64,000 nucleotides of DNA. Origin: Eukaryota sp. GEM-RC1. Lineage: Eukaryota. The position numbers and the translations under genes are program-made. Below, piece by piece: positions 12,831-23,633 of the stretch (position 1 is its first letter; each line of letters opens with the position of its first letter). The stretch is from the NCBI GenBank assembly GCA_040285855.1, contig JAUFOQ010000003.1, positions 1,054,001 through 1,118,000 on the forward strand. The letters run 5' to 3'. The notes under the pieces were generated by a model, which ran no database searches, was not told the DNA's origin, and saw nothing but the letters and a program-made list of their open reading frames with translations.

Positions 12831-13679
12831 TCGAACTCATAACTGCATTTGTGAAAATATGTGTATTTGAATTTGTATTCAAAATCTCATTATAAATTCT
12901 CATGCATTCAGAGTCATCAGCGTTGGTTGGTGTTCTTTACTTAATGAAATTGACAATTTTTTTTAAAAATCGAGAAATCAGGCATCAGGGATCGAATTAA
13001 AAATAACAACCTTGTTTATAGTGTCACATTCTATAATATCATAGGTATCATATTATAATTGATTTCTTTTGAATTTTTCTTCAATCTCAGTTCCTCAAAT
13101 CTTTCGAGTTATTAAACTCTCACTAACACCAATAACAATAATTGAATCTAATACAGGGTTATTTGTCAAGACTCGATTTGTCACTTCTAAATCAACAGCC
13201 ACATGAGACATGACTCCAACTGTTTCGTATAATCTCGAAATAGGACTAGTTGTTGATTCAAATTTATCATATACAGTATTTCCATAATCTCATGATGAGA
13301 TTCTCATCTGTATACACTTAGCTAAAATGTTCAGTTTTTGTTTTATTGTCGCCACATCTGACGTCAATGTCTCAATTCAAGGAGACGGTTGAAATAAGAA
13401 TCGAAATACCCAACAGTCGCTTTCATAACCTTCCTCTCCAATAACATTCAATACAATTCTTTCCATACTGTTTACACAATTTACATTTCTGATCAACTTT
13501 GTAGGCGATGATTCAATAATCGCCATAAAAACTTTCATCTTCCTTTTGTGTGTTATGATCTTCTGTTTGATTGAAAGCAGTTTGAAACAGGGGTGTGAAA
13601 ATATGTATTTAAATATATTTTTTGTTATATATTTATTCGAAAATAAAAAAAGATGATCTAATACTCAATGTCATCAAAA

Positions 13680-14489
13680 CAAGATTCCTTCGAATCGAAC
13701 CTTGTTGAAGCTTTGTCTTCATAAAACACACTTAGGGATAACAAAGCTTTTGAAATCATTGTGGGAACTGCCTTTAGAATCGTAAAGACAATTCGGTTCT
13801 GCCAAAAGAACGATCAAATATTTTGTTGGTTCTACGAGCTATAACTTTTGCAAATTCATCAAGTAACTTCAAGGCCAATTTGCCTAATCTACCATATACG
13901 GAAATCGCAAATGGGACAAGTGAATATTCAACATGGACAATGTGTTTCCAGGTCTTTCAAAGGTGATCAGCATACTTTCTCTGCTTGTTATTTTCAGCAA
14001 TGTCTAAAGGTGAGATTTCCTTTGTAACAAACTTGTAACAAACTTGTTACAACTTTTTTTTGCAAACATCCACTGAAACAACATCGATAACTGTCAGAGA
14101 TTCAGAAGATGAAGGTATAATCAAGTCAGCACGTCTATGCCCATAAGAATTTTCTTTTTTGGAATGTTGATTGATGTCAAGAGATCTCAGCAAAGGTTCA
14201 ATGAAAGATTCAATTTTGTAAGATTTGCACATGGCATGTAGCTGATCGCGTACAGGGTCATGGATAGCAGATCGATAAGTTTTGTAATGCGAACATGAAA
14301 ATGTACGAGATAACGTTACCAATTGTCCACATTTGCAGTAACAATCATTGGGTAGATTATGAGGCCATAAACGCATTGTAGTGGTCCACTGATGATCATC
14401 TAGTAACAATCCGTAAATTTGCGGAATTTGATTGAGGAAAGCTGATGCAGAGCTATCCTGTAAATCTAACAGAAAATTAGCGAAAGTAG
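13680..14489 (-). mobile_element. RLE-type non-LTR retrotransposon 3' fragment (Zn knuckle + RLE), truncated by a TIR element
   Basis: CYCKCG...C...RSAIHDPVRD...IEPLL...RRADLII...VIDVVSVD; downstream frames give PFAISVYG. Confidence 0.75.
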
Positions 14490-14760
14490 TAGGGATCTTA
14501 AATGGTTCAGTTCAGAACCGGTTCAGTTCAGTTCATTGAACCGGTTCAGTTCACGATTTTGTTGAACCGAACCGGTTGAGTTCAAGTGTGTGTGAACCGG
14601 TTCTGAACCGATTGAACCGATCATTTTTTAGATGTTTGAACTAACACATTAAAACACAATTATATTAGCACATGCGTTTTTGATAAGGCACCACAGATGT
14701 AAGTCCAATAAAAAATGGTCCATTTATTGAAAAATTGTAGGTCCTGTACACTGTATATTG
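14490..14760 (+). mobile_element. Left end of a hAT-like TIR element (TAGGGAT terminus, subterminal GAACCG/GGTTCA repeats); right end not found
   Basis: tagggatcttaaatggttcagttcagaaccgg... begins exactly where the RLE reading frame is cut. Dense short subterminal repeats occupy 14504-14620. Confidence 0.55.
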
Positions 14761-15831
14761 CAGTGATGCGAAATAATTAATTTAATTATAATTAATTAAA
14801 TAAATTCCCTGAGAATTAATTAATTCTAGCCGCTTAGACTTATAATTAATTAATTGTTACACCTTAGAATTATAATTAATTAACGGCAATTACTAGAATT
14901 AATTTTATAATTCCCTTTTCTTCACCTTATGTCGTCTTCTTCAACTCCCAAAGAGATAGCCTTGTTCTTTTGTACCTTTGTTGAACCACAAACCGATTGA
15001 AGTGAAACAAAATCTGCCTGACCGAATGGAAACAGAAATGATTGATGAAATGACTTCAAAATTTGACCATCTGAACTCAATTACAAAGAAGTCGCAAGTT
15101 TCAGAAGTTCCTCTACACAAGGCCAAGAGAATGTTTGACGTTCTACATGAGGAATATCCAGCTATGCGATCTTACACATGTTATAGCCCGGCATCACCAA
15201 TCTTTGAGTCCCCCGAATTTGAAAATGGAGTAATCAAGATACTTGAAGGATATGAGAGAGAACTCACTGATGCAGAAAAGGCATCAGTCAGTAAACTGAA
15301 AAGAATTCCTCCTACTGAAAATGAAAATGAAAACAATGCTCATCTTGTCAAGAGCTTCGACGAAAAACTTGATGACGTCGATACTATTCCAAAAAAACAC
15401 TGCTTCGGAATACTTCGACTTATCATTTATTCCATCAACTTCTAACCAAGTGGAAAGACTATTCAGTCGTGCAAAATTAACTCTTGGTATTTCTTCTTAT
15501 TTATCTAATTATAGGGCAGCTGAGAGGACGTTTACAATCAAAAACGTTAGAGAAACAATTGTTTCTTTTATACAACACTGATTCTTGGAACTTGGATTTA
15601 GTCAAATCAATTGTGAGTAAGAACCCTCATCAGACAACATTAATAAATTCGGCCGAGCTTGTTATAGATGTCGATTCAGAATGATAGTATGTTGATTTTT
15701 GTCGTATGGTGATAAAGAATTAATTGTAATTAATTGCAATTAATTAATTGTTGGCGTGTAGAATTAAAATTGATTAATTGTTGGCCTGTAGAATTAATAA
15801 TTTAATTTAAATTAATTTTTCCACATCACTG
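14761..15831 (+). mobile_element. Internally deleted hAT transposon retaining the transposase C-terminal (dimerization) region
   Basis: TIRs: cagtgatgcgaaataattaatttaa versus the reverse complement of ttaaattaatttttccacatcactg. AT-rich subterminal repeats. Coding remnant EYFDLSFIPSTSNQVERLFSRAKLTL-G-QLRGRL...EKQLFLLYN..W. No TSD found. Confidence 0.8.
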
Positions 15832-16534
15832 CTCTTTGTAAATGCACCACATTCAAAATGCACCACATAAATAAAACCACACCACACATCACCAGTGAAC
15901 ATCAGGTACCCTGATCAACACGAATGTTGAACATTGTACAATTGTGGATTACTTAGGATCCGTGGATGACAGATGTTCTTTAACCAAACAGAATGTATCT
16001 AATATCAAGAAAATGAGAACACAGGAGACTAAACTTACATCGTTCCATAGTATGGTTGAGCATGTAAATGACCAAAATGACCTCATTTGTATCAACGAAC
16101 TCAAGGGATTTGTTACCTCCTACAAGATGGTTAAAGATTGAGAACGACTGTGTAATAAAACATGACAATCTCTGCCAAGCAACCTAGACGAAGATTGCTT
16201 AAGGCAACAATTATGTTCTTTCCCTAACGAGCTTCCTAACATGTGCTCCCTGTTGCACGTAGAGCTCGGAGAAGACTTCCTGGATCTCCTAATAAGAATC
16301 CATTTAAGTCTACTCTTAGAGATCCGTCCTCCTTTGAACTACCTGTTAGACGTACAAGAATTCAACCCAACAAGGCCAAAGACAATGTTTTGTCTTTTTG
16401 ATCTATACATGGTGTTTATTGTTGCCTCTGTAAAATGAAAAATATATTATGTGATGCATATTATACTATGTGGTGCACTTTACAAAATTAAAAGAATGTG
16501 TGGTGCATAATGTGGTGCATTTACCCAGAGTCTA
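15832..16534. mobile_element. Non-autonomous TIR element with subterminal GCACCACA repeats
   Basis: ctctttgtaaatgcaccacatt (15832) versus aatgtggtgcatttacccagag (to 16530): 22-bp IR with 2 mismatches. It abuts the hAT right end. Confidence 0.65.
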
Positions 16535-16744
16535 ATAATATATCTCGAATTTTATATATTCTAAATGCAATGATTAAACAACTACAATTTGATATCATTA
16601 AAACAACATCCGTCACTATCTAATCTTACAACAGCTTTGTCCTCATGAAAAAACTCACAGTTAATAATGCTTTGAAGATGATTAGGGGAATTATTGTAAT
16701 AACAGTAAAAACGTCACGAATAATCCATAACATATAATGGGTAA

Positions 16745-17667
16745 CAGAAATTCAGCAGAGAAGCATTTTTTCTTTGCCTTTGTGTGTTCGCAAGTTACAG
16801 AAGAAGTTTGTTTTGTTTCACGAAAGCTTGGACTATAAAAACCGTATTAGCTTGGCTAAGACGGAGAGTCCCAGCTTTTTGTGCATTTGTGAATGATATT
16901 TCTTCAAGCTCTGCGTCGTCATTTGTTTCTCGTTTGCCAAGAAAATTTTGTTTTAATCTTAAGGATCATGAATAGCTTATAAACATGAGACTTAGGTTAG
17001 GTTTATGGCCTTCAGGTCTTTTGAAGCATTCTCCATGTCTTTGCGGTCGTTCAAAGGCTTCAAATTTTCATCATTTAGTTAACTGCCATCAATTTATTCA
17101 TTTTCGATCAATAATCCACAACAGTATCCGGGATACATGATTGGATATGTTTAAGGCTAATGGTTTTCATGGAAAAATTGAACCTTTACTTGCTAATCTT
17201 TCTGATCAGCCAAAACTTGATAGAAGTCGTGGTGATTTGATTGGTCCTTGGTTATTTTGTCAGGAAATTATTATGGATTTCACGACTGTTGATCCTTGTA
17301 ATTCAAGATCAATTTCCAAAATTTTTGATGATGATTTTTCTGCTCTTGAAGTGGCTGAAAAAGAAAAAATACCAAGTACTGTCACTTAATTAACCAATTG
17401 AATATTGACTGGTACAATTCTTTTGTGTTTCAACCTTTTGCGATGTCGATATACGGTAATATTGGACCAGCTGCACAAGGTTTTTTAACTTCCTTTGGTA
17501 AATTGTGTTCTGAGTATGGTAAAGCTTTCAATGAAAATTTTTGGTTGAGTAGGTTAACGTTTGCGTTGTTTCGTTCAATGCACAGATATTTTAATTCAAT
17601 TTTAGGTAAGTTGTTCGGTGATGGACAGAAGAATCATAGTTTAGATACTTTAGTTAGTGTCTGTTAG
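16745..17667 (+). mobile_element. RLE-type non-LTR retrotransposon 3' fragment
   Basis: MRLRLGLWP..CLCG..HHLVNC..RSIIHNSIRD..KIEPLL..RGDLIGP..IIMDFTTVDP..LEVAEKEK..FQPFAMSIYGNIGPAA, with stops and frameshifts. Confidence 0.8.
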
Positions 17668-18376
17668 TTATTAATTTCTGCAAATGCATTTATTTCACTG
17701 ACTGATCATAAACCCCGTGTTTTTAACACATGATCAAAACGTTTGTACATCCTATATCTTTACGATTTTTTCGAAATCGTTTTAAACATTTAATGCACTT
17801 TTTCCTAAACGGCAATAGATTGGAAACATCAAAAGGGCATAATTCGTGTTCAAAATGTTTTTCACGTGTTTTACCTCCATCAATGGTTTCTTGTACTTAT
17901 CCTGTTTGGCATGTTCAGAAATATCGAAATGGGAAGGTTTAGACTAAGCATTCTTTAAAGATGACTTTTTACAAACATCCACAGACACCAAATTATATCT
18001 CTGAATTATAAATTATATCTTTCACGATATTTATTGGCACCTATGATGTCTCTGGAATATTCATTCTCATGACTTGTATTAAAGAAAATTAATTGTTTAC
18101 AAGAAATATCACACGATCCGAGTGTCACTTGGATGGTTAATTTGCCACACCGTGTGTTTCGAAAAAATTTTTAAATATTGATAATACAGTACAATTATGT
18201 ACTATGGTATATTATAGATTTTAGTTCTTACATCATACACACAGTACTACTAGTAGTAGTTGTTCGAATAGAAATAACCAATTAAAAAGTACTGTCGAAA
18301 CAGCATGAAATTCAAACTTACACAAATTTATTTTTAATTAAAAGGCATTTAGAACAAATAGTTTTCCCCAAATTGT

Positions 18377-19801
18377 CTAATATTCAATTCGCCCACCATC
18401 AAACAATTCAAACTCAACTTCTCCAGAACTTAACAAGTATAAATACTGAGCAACTCCATGGACAAGCTTACCTAAAGCTTCCCCGTGATTGATATATCCA
18501 TCGTAGGGATTAATACCAATAAACATTTGATGACTTCCATCATGATTCCTATACACCAGTGACGGTCGGGAAACTTCCCCAGGAAAACAGTCAATCACGA
18601 TACTTTCCTGTTTGGGAACAGTTTTGGAACTAGTTATTCCAAAAGATTGAATCTCTAATTCCGAATCATTTAAAAATGAATAAACAGTATGAAACCGCGA
18701 TGGTACAAAGCTTCCAGCAGGGCCGTAAAGAACTGGAGAAGTAACAGGAACTGCAACATCATGAATTTCTTCTCCCACAAACTGCTTGGCTGCTGATTGT
18801 TCCAGTACTATGACAGGACGGTTTGTAGAAACCCAATCAGTGATTTTAGAGCTTATAATGGGATTTTTCAAGACTCCAGCAATGATTAACACGTCAATAT
18901 TGTCCAAGTTGTCCTCGGTGGAAGAGGAATTTCCAATGGTGAAAACAGCATTGGAATTGCACGAGGAATAGCCCTTGGCCATCGCTTGAACTGTGCACTC
19001 AGATGAAGGAAAATATATAAGACAAGAGAGTTTGTTCTTGGCAGTATACTTTCTAGTAGATTCAACATTAGAAGGTAGAGAGGAAAGAGAAAGACTCTGA
19101 TTTTCAAGTAAGAGGTCTGATAGTGGAGAAATTAGAAGAGATGAAAGGTTATCAATGGTGGAAGAAGGGAGTGAAATCAGATCAGGAGGTGTGATAGAGA
19201 GAGATCGCAGTAACCAGTATGAAAGAGCAGGAGTTCGTGGTTGAAGATCAAGAAGGGATGAAAGAGTATTTTGAGAAAGGATCTGAGGATTGAGAAGATG
19301 GACATGATGTTGATGACGTTTTAAATGATCAGCAAACAAAAGAGAAAGATCACATTCTGGACTAATGTTCAGAGCCTTTTGCAGCAGTTGGGGGTTAGAG
19401 AATCTCTCAGCGCTTGAAAGGACAGATAGAATCCAGTTGGGATCATCTTTGTACTCTTTAAGAGTTCCAATAATATAGAGTTGGAGTGATTCATAGTCAA
19501 CAACTGATGCACACTCGAACAGTGCATGAATATTGGATGGAGTTACTGGTAGAGGATGAGTATAGAGAGTCTTCAGGACGTCGGACAAAATAGAGAACTC
19601 AACATGTAGGAGGTCAGAGAGGTCAACGATACTATCTGAAAGATCTTTGAAAAAGCTGAGCTTTGAACAAACAACAACTTTGTGAAGAGAAATAGTTTGA
19701 TTCATATATATAACGGTGAGATCACTGAAGTCACTATCAAACCAAGCGGCCATAGAAACCTGAACACTGAAGGGACGAACTCGCTTAACACACTCATACA
19801 T
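18377..19801 (-). CDS. BTB/POZ-domain protein, paralog 2
   Basis: 474 aa; 12 aa differences from paralog 1 by manual comparison. Confidence 0.8.
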   Translation of the reverse strand: MYECVKRVRPFSVQVSMAAWFDSDFSDLTVIYMNQTISLHKVVVCSKLSFFKDLSDSIVDLSDLLHVEFSILSDVLKTLYTHPLPVTPSNIHALFECASVVDYESLQLYIIGTLKEYKDDPNWILSVLSSAERFSNPQLLQKALNISPECDLSLLFADHLKRHQHHVHLLNPQILSQNTLSSLLDLQPRTPALSYWLLRSLSITPPDLISLPSSTIDNLSSLLISPLSDLLLENQSLSLSSLPSNVESTRKYTAKNKLSCLIYFPSSECTVQAMAKGYSSCNSNAVFTIGNSSSTEDNLDNIDVLIIAGVLKNPIISSKITDWVSTNRPVIVLEQSAAKQFVGEEIHDVAVPVTSPVLYGPAGSFVPSRFHTVYSFLNDSELEIQSFGITSSKTVPKQESIVIDCFPGEVSRPSLVYRNHDGSHQMFIGINPYDGYINHGEALGKLVHGVAQYLYLLSSGEVEFELFDGGRIEY

Positions 19802-19825
19802 TTTGATAACAATAGAGCAATTGAG

Positions 19826-19903
19826 CAGTGAACGCTAACACGTAACAAAATTCAATCTAACGCGTGTTACGTGTCAGGCCGTGTTACGTGTTAGCGTTCA
19901 CTA
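19826..19903. mobile_element. 78-bp hAT-like micro-MITE
   Basis: Perfect 21-bp IR agtgaacgctaacacgtaaca (19827-19847 / 19882-19902); 8-bp TSD caattgag (19818-19825, 19904-19911); absent from copy 1. Confidence 0.85.
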
Positions 19904-19919
19904 CAATTGAGTAGTGAAA

Positions 19920-22900
19920 GGGGCTTCGACCAAAATGCCAATTCTCCACAACATAAGTGATCGGACACTGGAAAGAAAAAATCTCCCAAAACTAATCAAC
20001 CTGCTGGAAAAGAAATAAATCTTCCGATTCTGAACCTTCTACACGTCTGTTATCTCGTCGTAAAACTCTAGAAGTAACTAATAAAATTTCATCAAGTTAT
20101 TCTTCTTCATCTGACACATCCGTCAAAAACTCTAAAGCACGACGACTAGAACGAAAACCAAAAAGTGTCATTCGTCAGAAATTCATCGTCCACAAGAACA
20201 AGTTTCTAAACGTCAACAGAGACTGTATAATCAATCTAGTGGTTGTACAAAATTCCCGAAAACTGACGAAGAATGTCAAAGTTCGCAAGTAGTTGAAGGT
20301 TCAACTGATTCTTTGCATGAATTTCCTGAAATTCCAGTTGTTAAAGGAAAAAAGGAAAAAGAATCAAGAACTCCATTTATTGACATTGCAACTGATACTG
20401 TTGTTGATGACTCCCCTTCCTACAGTTTTTATAATTGATATTGAAAGAAGAAACATCAATGAGAGAATTCCTACACGAGTGAACAAAGAATTGAATGAAC
20501 ATCGTAGAACGGAAAAGAGTCTTTGAAACAGAGAAGATTGTTAATGAATGATTTTGAGAAAGAAGCTCACGACCTTGATTTTCTCGCAGATCAACAAATC
20601 ATCATGATCTCTGTCATTATTGCAAAATTACAATCCAATGGTGAGTTACAATTTGACAGCTCAATCGTCCTTTACACTGACTACAATTATAAAATCAAAT
20701 TCAGTGAATCAGAAACACCAGCTTTTAAATTAGATCTTTTGGACTTCCCAAATGAAAATGAATTATTGGTTACGTACGCTAACATTGTTAGTCAATATAA
20801 ACCAAATGCTTTTATTGGCCATAATATTTTCAATTTTGATTTGCCCATAATTGACAATAAAATGTGGGCTCTTGACCTTCCTCTTTTAACAAATCCAAAT
20901 CCAATTGAGTTACCTTTACATAGTAGATGGCTGGATATCATAAAAGATCATAATGGTTTTACAGTTTTGGATACCTTCTTATTTGCAAAGAAGCGTATCG
21001 GTCTCAAGTATGGTTGTAGTCTAGCCAATTTATCTTGGAATTTACTTTCTGAACCTAAATTGAAATTGGATAAAGACTTGGACCACTTACTCCCGGTTGA
21101 TTGTTTAAGAAATGATAAAAGAATGAAAACTCTAATCAACTACTGTCTTCATGATTCAATTTTGGCGTTTAAATTGTTTATTTTATTTCAAAAAGACAAA
21201 ATTGTGTTTCAATCATGGGCTTCTATCAAAACTTCAGTTGTTAGTGTGGTAAAACATCAAGAAGTTCAAGATGCCATGCTTTTAGGATCTCAGTTCTACA
21301 ATGCGTTAAGACAACAGACTACAATGTGTGTTAAAGAATATCTGTTGGCTCGCTATCGTCTTGGACAAGATTTGTCTAAGTTTGATTACAAGTTGTTTTA
21401 TCATACAATGCTTTCAATTAGAAATCTTTCATCTGAAGTTCATGAATTCAAAATTTACAACAATTATCCTATCAGAACAATTGATACAGACCTTCGTGAT
21501 TTTGTTGCTGGAGAAGGAATCTATACTGCCAATTCAAACTACCCCGGATATAAGCACTGTGTAACTGATACATTTGGCACATGTCATTTACCAGAACTTG
21601 ATTTTGATCACATCAGTAGAGCTTTTGAATACACCACTCAGTATGAAATGTGGCCTGCGTTTGAACTAAATATTCGTCGCAATTATGAGTTGTACATTAA
21701 AAGATTTATCAATACAGTAATGGGTAAGAAAGAGTTTGAAAAGGGAATGAAGAAGAAACGTAATTTAGTTTTAGGTCCAGAACTTGCAGGACTAACAGGA
21801 CGTGAAGCTCAAAAATTCACTAGTTACTTCAGATTTCGCTTAAAGATATTGAAAGATCAGATTTTGTATCGACCTAGAGATGAAGCCTTACAGTATATTA
21901 ATTCTTTTAACTCTGCAACCCACCCTGAAAATATTAAGTTTATTGATGAAGTTTCCAAAGTTTTTAATGATGATTTCAGTATGTTAATATTTGAACAGAT
22001 TAATTCTCTAATGGCTGATAAAATTCCAGAATTACTTCAAAGATTTAACATCATATTTCCTACTTCAATCACTACTAACGACAATGAAACTGTAGACGTC
22101 CATAATTTACTTTACACAGTTCAGGAGTATCCACTTCATTTTCTAAGAAATTCTCTTCAAATCTCAGATTACTTGGAATCAAAGGGTGCTAAGTTGTATA
22201 ATGTAATTCCTCTAAGTTTAGAGAATACTCCTTGTTTTTTCCCAATAGATACTAGAACTCTTTGGGGACTGGCTAAGCACTGTTTTGGATATAAGAATAA
22301 TGATAAGAAGATTGGTCCTTTACATTCAAAAGTGACTAATTACATGACTCAAGACCAGATCCAAAACATGACCCATTCTCAACAACAAGATTACTGGAAA
22401 AGATGGTTTAACTGTGATGACAGAAGTTTTCACAAAGCCAATTTTGAATTCAACAACTATGCTGTAACTGATGGAATTTCGATTTGTTTTCAATTTGTGA
22501 GAAAGGATTTGAAAGGAATGAAATGTAAACCTGATTCAAGTAAAGCTTCAGTAAAAGCACAATATTTCAATGAATGTGATAGGTCTGATTTTATTTCTAA
22601 ACAAATGGTTTATGTGGACATTGGAAAGAGAGATATGCTACAACTTGCCTCTAAATCAAATAGGGAAACTCAAAATCCTCTAAAGAAATACAACTTCTTA
22701 CGATTGACATATGCTGAGTGGTCTAGAGTTTCAAGAAAGCATAAAAGAATCCACCAGTACCTTGTTAGAAGGAGATCAGGTACTACTACCGTGAGAGCAG
22801 GTGATGATAATCCAATAACTGTGACAATGAATATTGAGAAATGGAACACTTGGTTAAGTGAAGAACAGGATTCTAAAACTGTTAATTACACTAAATTTAG

Positions 22901-23633
22901 AAAGTTTATTCTGGCTAAATGTATTCACTACAATGCAACTAAAGACTTCTATGCTTTGCATATATGGAGGATTCACAAAATCCAAAATCATGTCCATAAG
23001 CAAAAACAGAGTCTAAATTGGTTAACAGCATTGTAAAAACTTTTGGTAAGCGTGACAAAATTGTACTATGTATTGGTGTTTTAGGTCAGAAGCCAATGTC
23101 CAACTTAAAACACAGTCCACCATCCAGAACTAAGACTTGGACTTCATTCTTTCAGAGAAACGGTTTTTTAACAGTGATGAATGATGAGAGGAACACTTCG
23201 TCCAAGTGTCCAGAATGTCATGAAGATGTTTTTGAAACTTCCATTGAGGTTGTCAACCCAAAGCCCAAATCAAGAGAGAAAAGAGAATGGATCCACCCTC
23301 ATGGCTTACTAGAGTGTAAGAGCAAACATTGTCTGGGAGAAGTCAAGAAGCGATTGAAAGGGGGAAAAGAAAAGGGCACACAGTGCCCACTCAAATGTAT
23401 TGGAATCGAAACAAGATGGCTTGTTTGAACATGATGAACATGTTCGAACATTGGATGAATGGTAGTGATGATAGAGTAGAGTATCTGAGTAGTAAATAGT
23501 TTTATTTTTGTTAGCTGGCTGGTGAAACCCGGCCATATTTGGTTAATTCCACAACATTGAACTTCATAAATGTCACTTTTTCATATAATGCAAATCACTT
23601 CAAGTCAAAATTGAAGATAAGTCACGATAAGAC
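19920..23633 (+). mobile_element. Fanzor-carrying insertion with no recognisable transposase gene
   Basis: Sequence absent from duplication copy 1 between 'tagcgaaa' (~11986-11993) and 'cgatt..tactctcg' (~11995-12011). Ends are approximate. Confidence 0.75.
20292..23499 (+). CDS. PolB-type DEDDy 3'-5' exonuclease::Fanzor1 (TnpB-like RuvC) fusion; split by indels at homopolymers (~20413, ~20515, ~23004, ~23365); N-terminus may extend to ~19935
   Basis: Exonuclease: IIDIE (20437-20445), GHNIFNFD (D at 20838), YCLHD (21141-21155). Fanzor: IKTSVVSVV, NIRRNY..YIKRFIN, VIPL....PCFFPIDT, TDGISICF, RuvC-I VDIG (22617), KQK(T)ESKLVN, IVLCIG, DERNTSSKCPEC, HGLLECKSKHC, WNRNKMACLNM...DRVEYL*. Confidence 0.88.

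Larger units (their letters stand above)
10345..13590. repeat. Tandem segmental duplication, copy 1 (no Fanzor insertion)
   Basis: Matches 18184-26250 in collinear blocks: BTB gene plus 3' flank near-identical; 12005-12970 ~ 23639-24650; 13024-13340 ~ 25034-25345; 13525-13590 ~ 26186-26250. Confidence 0.9.

Noticed and set aside
14504..14620. Guide or CRISPR-like repeat array linked to the Fanzor
   Set aside because: Short GAACCG/GGTTCA motifs in both orientations next to a TAGGG terminus; typical of hAT subterminal repeats.
20523..23036. Full family-B DNA polymerase, Polinton/Maverick or endogenous virus
   Set aside because: Only the exonuclease motifs are present. There are no DxxSLYP/YGDTDS polymerase motifs and no integrase, capsid or ATPase genes; the remainder is Fanzor.
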